From a virus (Duplodnaviria > Caudoviricetes): a DNA stretch of 47,497 bases. Below the pieces are notes generated by a model. That model had not been told where the DNA came from and searched no databases. It saw only the letters and a program-made list of their open reading frames with translations. The stretch covers positions 1 to 47,497 of IMG/VR virus record IMGVR_UViG_3300033519_000251; one strand, given 5' to 3'. This document shows positions 45,104 through 47,497 of this stretch, piece after piece. The translations under genes and the position numbers were made by a program. Every line of letters starts with the position of its first letter. Within the stretch, counting starts at the first letter, position 1.

Positions 45104-45701
45104 ATTCTTTTCGATAAAAGATATTGCCTCAGAGGCTGATCCGGTACAAGAGGATAAAAACGCAATTCAGTCGCTCAGGTTTACCGGCCTTCATGATATG
45201 AAGGTCGGTAACCTTACCGAATTGATAAAACGTTATCCTGGCAACCAGGAAGCTTTTTTTATCTGGACCGTCAACAGCTTTAATGCATTCACCTTTATTC
45301 CTTACCTGATTAAAAATTCAGGAACGATCAAAGAACTGATCATTTCGACCTACTCAATCAACATTAAAATCATTGATGCTTTGTCGGGTTTCCTGCAGAA
45401 AGGACTGGTTGAATCGGTTTACATATTAATCAGTGATTCAGCTAAATTCAGAATTCCAACGGTGATAGATCACCTGGAACAGTTTTCTTCAAATAACCAA
45501 GATAAAGTTTCTGTTCGCTATGCCTGGAATCATTCGAAGGTGACGCTGATCAGTACCGGTGATCATTATTTTGTTATCGAGGGATCCGGAAACTTCTCCG
45601 AGAACTCAAGGCATGAACAGTACATTTTCCTGAACTCTGAGGAGATATTCAACTTTCGTAAAAAATGGATAACTGATGAAATTCACGGACGAACAGTTTA
45701 A
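45096..45701 (+). CDS. Phospholipase D-like (single HxK) nuclease-fold protein
   Basis: ISTYS...WNHSKVTLI...EGSGNFSEN...EQ. Confidence 0.75.
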   Translation: MSKFFSIKDIASEADPVQEDKNAIQSLRFTGLHDMKVGNLTELIKRYPGNQEAFFIWTVNSFNAFTFIPYLIKNSGTIKELIISTYSINIKIIDALSGFLQKGLVESVYILISDSAKFRIPTVIDHLEQFSSNNQDKVSVRYAWNHSKVTLISTGDHYFVIEGSGNFSENSRHEQYIFLNSEEIFNFRKKWITDEIHGRTV

Positions 45702-45978
45702 CGAAATTGAGCAGCTTGCAGGGCTAAATTATAGTGTTAATCAGGTAGCCATGTACCTCGGTTTCGAGATACAATTAATCAAAGATGAATATCAGGATAA
45801 GGATTCTGAATTCAGATATCATTATGAGCGTGGTCAGCTTGTTTCACAGTTTGAAATAGATAAATCAACACTCGAATCCGCCAAAAAAGGCAACATCACT
45901 GCACAACAGCGATATGATAAAAAAGTTAAAGAAAACAGACTCCGTCAGGCTAAAGAGCGGATTTTCGGAAGAGATTGA
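45676..45978 (+). CDS. Small HTH protein, possible terminase small subunit
   Basis: IEQLAGLNYSVNQVAMYLG...YERGQ...AKKGNITAQ; position. Confidence 0.55.
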   Translation: MKFTDEQFNEIEQLAGLNYSVNQVAMYLGFEIQLIKDEYQDKDSEFRYHYERGQLVSQFEIDKSTLESAKKGNITAQQRYDKKVKENRLRQAKERIFGRD

Positions 45979-46591
45979 GCATGTTGACATTAATGTACTT
46001 CAACATTACATAAAATCCGGCAAAACAAAAGCGATGCCCGCCAATATGGTCAGGTATCTCGAAATAATTGAGATCATCCGGGCTATGTATTCAAAATACG
46101 AAACCAAGAGTTTTATCATCAATACCCTGATGACGCCGGTATATGGTTTTTGCCGTAGGGATGCCAACCGCTTGTATTATGATTCGCTTAACTTTTTCTT
46201 TGCCGACAACGACGTAAAACAAAAGGCCTGGCAGAACATCTATGCCGAGCACATCGAAAACCTTGCTTACTATGCGCTCGAACGTGATGAGCTTGACATT
46301 GCCAGGCGCTGTTTTATGGACGCCGCAAACATGAGGGGAGTTGGTAAAGACGAAAAGAATGAGATCCCTGCAGAGATGCTTAACCGCCCGGTTATCATTT
46401 ACAGCATCGACCCCGAAAAAGTTGGAATCCCTCAGGCTTCCAGGCGTGAGCTTGCCCAGTTTATTGATAACCTTCCTGAGATTTCTGAACGCGAACGCGT
46501 TCGTGTAAAACGCGATGCCGGCGTTATCGAAACTACTTTATTCGAAGATATCATCACCAACGACACCAAACCCGATGATGCTAAAGATTGA
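45914..46591 (+). CDS. Hypothetical protein directly upstream of terL (packaging-associated)
   Basis: 225 aa, overlaps the terL start; exact start uncertain. Confidence 0.65.
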   Translation: MIKKLKKTDSVRLKSGFSEEIEHVDINVLQHYIKSGKTKAMPANMVRYLEIIEIIRAMYSKYETKSFIINTLMTPVYGFCRRDANRLYYDSLNFFFADNDVKQKAWQNIYAEHIENLAYYALERDELDIARRCFMDAANMRGVGKDEKNEIPAEMLNRPVIIYSIDPEKVGIPQASRRELAQFIDNLPEISERERVRVKRDAGVIETTLFEDIITNDTKPDDAKD

Positions 46592-47497
46592 TGAAGTAAA
46601 CGCCGAAATACGCTATGCTAACCTGGTAAAAATGACCATTGACCTGGTTAAACCAAAAAACCTGGTCTTTATCGGCGGGCGTGGTACAGCCAAATCAACT
46701 GATATTATTGCCGAACGTTCGATTGACATCTGCTATGATATGCCCAGGGCGCCTTTTGCCTTTGTGGCCGACACTTATGTTAACCTGATGTCGAATATTG
46801 TTCCCGCGATATTGCTTGGTTGGGAGCGCAAAAAGTGGTTCGAATATGATCAGTCTACCGGATTCGGTCATTATGTAGTTGACAAGCAGCCACCCGATCA
46901 CTGGCCAAAACCTTACATCAAAACCTTCGACTACAAACACACGATTTCAACCCACCTGGGTAATAAATTCTTTTTGATTTCGCTCGACAGAGCTTCCATC
47001 AGCGCGGGTATCTCGGTAGTTCATCATTTTATTGATGAGTGCAAATTTGCCCGTGAAGATCGTGTTAGCAGGCTATTCCCAACTTTGCGCGGTGATGCGC
47101 TTCTTTATGGCAACTCAAACTATTTTATGGGCCAGACTTTTTGCACCGACATGCCCAATCCAAACATGGGTGAGTATGATTGGATATTCAGGCTCGAAAA
47201 GAACATGAATAAAGAGCAGATTGTCAGAATTATTCAGACTTCACTTTTAGTGAATGAATTGAATATTACGCTGTACAATGCGCAGCAGTCGAATAATGAA
47301 AAGCTGATCAAAGCCACCAATTATCAACTACAACGATGGACTGCAAGGCTCAAGAAGATCCGCCAGGGATCTACTTTTTTTTATATTGTCAGTTCTTTTG
47401 CAAATGCTGATATCCTTACCTTAAATTATTTCAAGAACCTTTTTGAATCACTCGATTTTGAAGAGTTCAAATCTTCTGTACTTTCCATAAAAGCAAG
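46578..47497 (+). CDS. terL: Terminase large subunit, N-terminal ATPase half (absent from ORF track; runs off the end into 1..861)
   Basis: MLKIDEVNAEIRYANL...FIGGRGTAKS (Walker A)...VVHHFIDE (Walker B)...FCTDMP; ~566 aa when joined. Confidence 0.9.
   Translation, partial: MLKIDEVNAEIRYANLVKMTIDLVKPKNLVFIGGRGTAKSTDIIAERSIDICYDMPRAPFAFVADTYVNLMSNIVPAILLGWERKKWFEYDQSTGFGHYVVDKQPPDHWPKPYIKTFDYKHTISTHLGNKFFLISLDRASISAGISVVHHFIDECKFAREDRVSRLFPTLRGDALLYGNSNYFMGQTFCTDMPNPNMGEYDWIFRLEKNMNKEQIVRIIQTSLLVNELNITLYNAQQSNNEKLIKATNYQLQRWTARLKKIRQGSTFFYIVSSFANADILTLNYFKNLFESLDFEEFKSSVLSIKA

Larger units (their letters stand above)
1..47497. mobile_element. Temperate tailed phage genome of a Bacteroidota host, circularly permuted and apparently complete
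   Basis: Terminase, portal, S49 protease, capsid, tape measure, tail fibres, integrase with internal attP, repressor and primase-helicase are all present. The ends overlap in frame within terL. Confidence 0.95.

Noticed and set aside
1-47497. Alternative genetic code, or a relaxase/conjugation module explaining the ssDNA-type elements
   Set aside because: Genes are intact and densely packed under the standard code; no relaxase, coupling protein or T4SS gene was recognised.
47418-47497. Biological direct terminal repeat of the virion DNA
   Set aside because: It falls mid-terL and is imperfect; better explained as an assembly break between alleles.

Overview
The window looks like an essentially complete, circularly permuted genome (~47.4 kb) of a temperate, probably long-tailed phage of a Bacteroidota host. 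Host evidence is TAnnTTTG promoters, A-rich SD-less gene starts and an attP matching a tRNA-Leu 3' end. The contig opens and closes inside the terminase large subunit gene, with an 80-bp end overlap whose 6 mismatches are all synonymous. Gene order: terL C-half; accessory/anti-defence block (~1.0-9.4 kb: small acidic ORFs, SymE, ArdC, SNF2 helicase-IbrA-IbrB-HTH); portal, neck and holin-like genes; tape measure and tail/fibre genes with an SGNH esterase; integrase, attP and repressor; early/replication genes (KilA-N, ASCH-like, primase-helicase); S49 protease, capsid, putative tail tube; packaging operon. The strongest unexplained signals are non-coding. (1) Four ~190-200-nt covarying fold-back elements have the geometry of single-stranded-DNA (Frpo-like) promoters built on the Bacteroidota -7 box, each heading accessory genes. 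(2) A 5-copy two-hairpin leader ends 6-7 nt before ATG. (3) An 11-nt motif lies exactly 20 nt upstream of both the integrase and a candidate late activator, and its complement sits in a structured non-coding segment of the early operon, suggesting an antisense-RNA switch. (4) Five GTCCTT-N21-(-7 box) putative late promoters. All functional calls come from motif recognition by eye; no database search was run.
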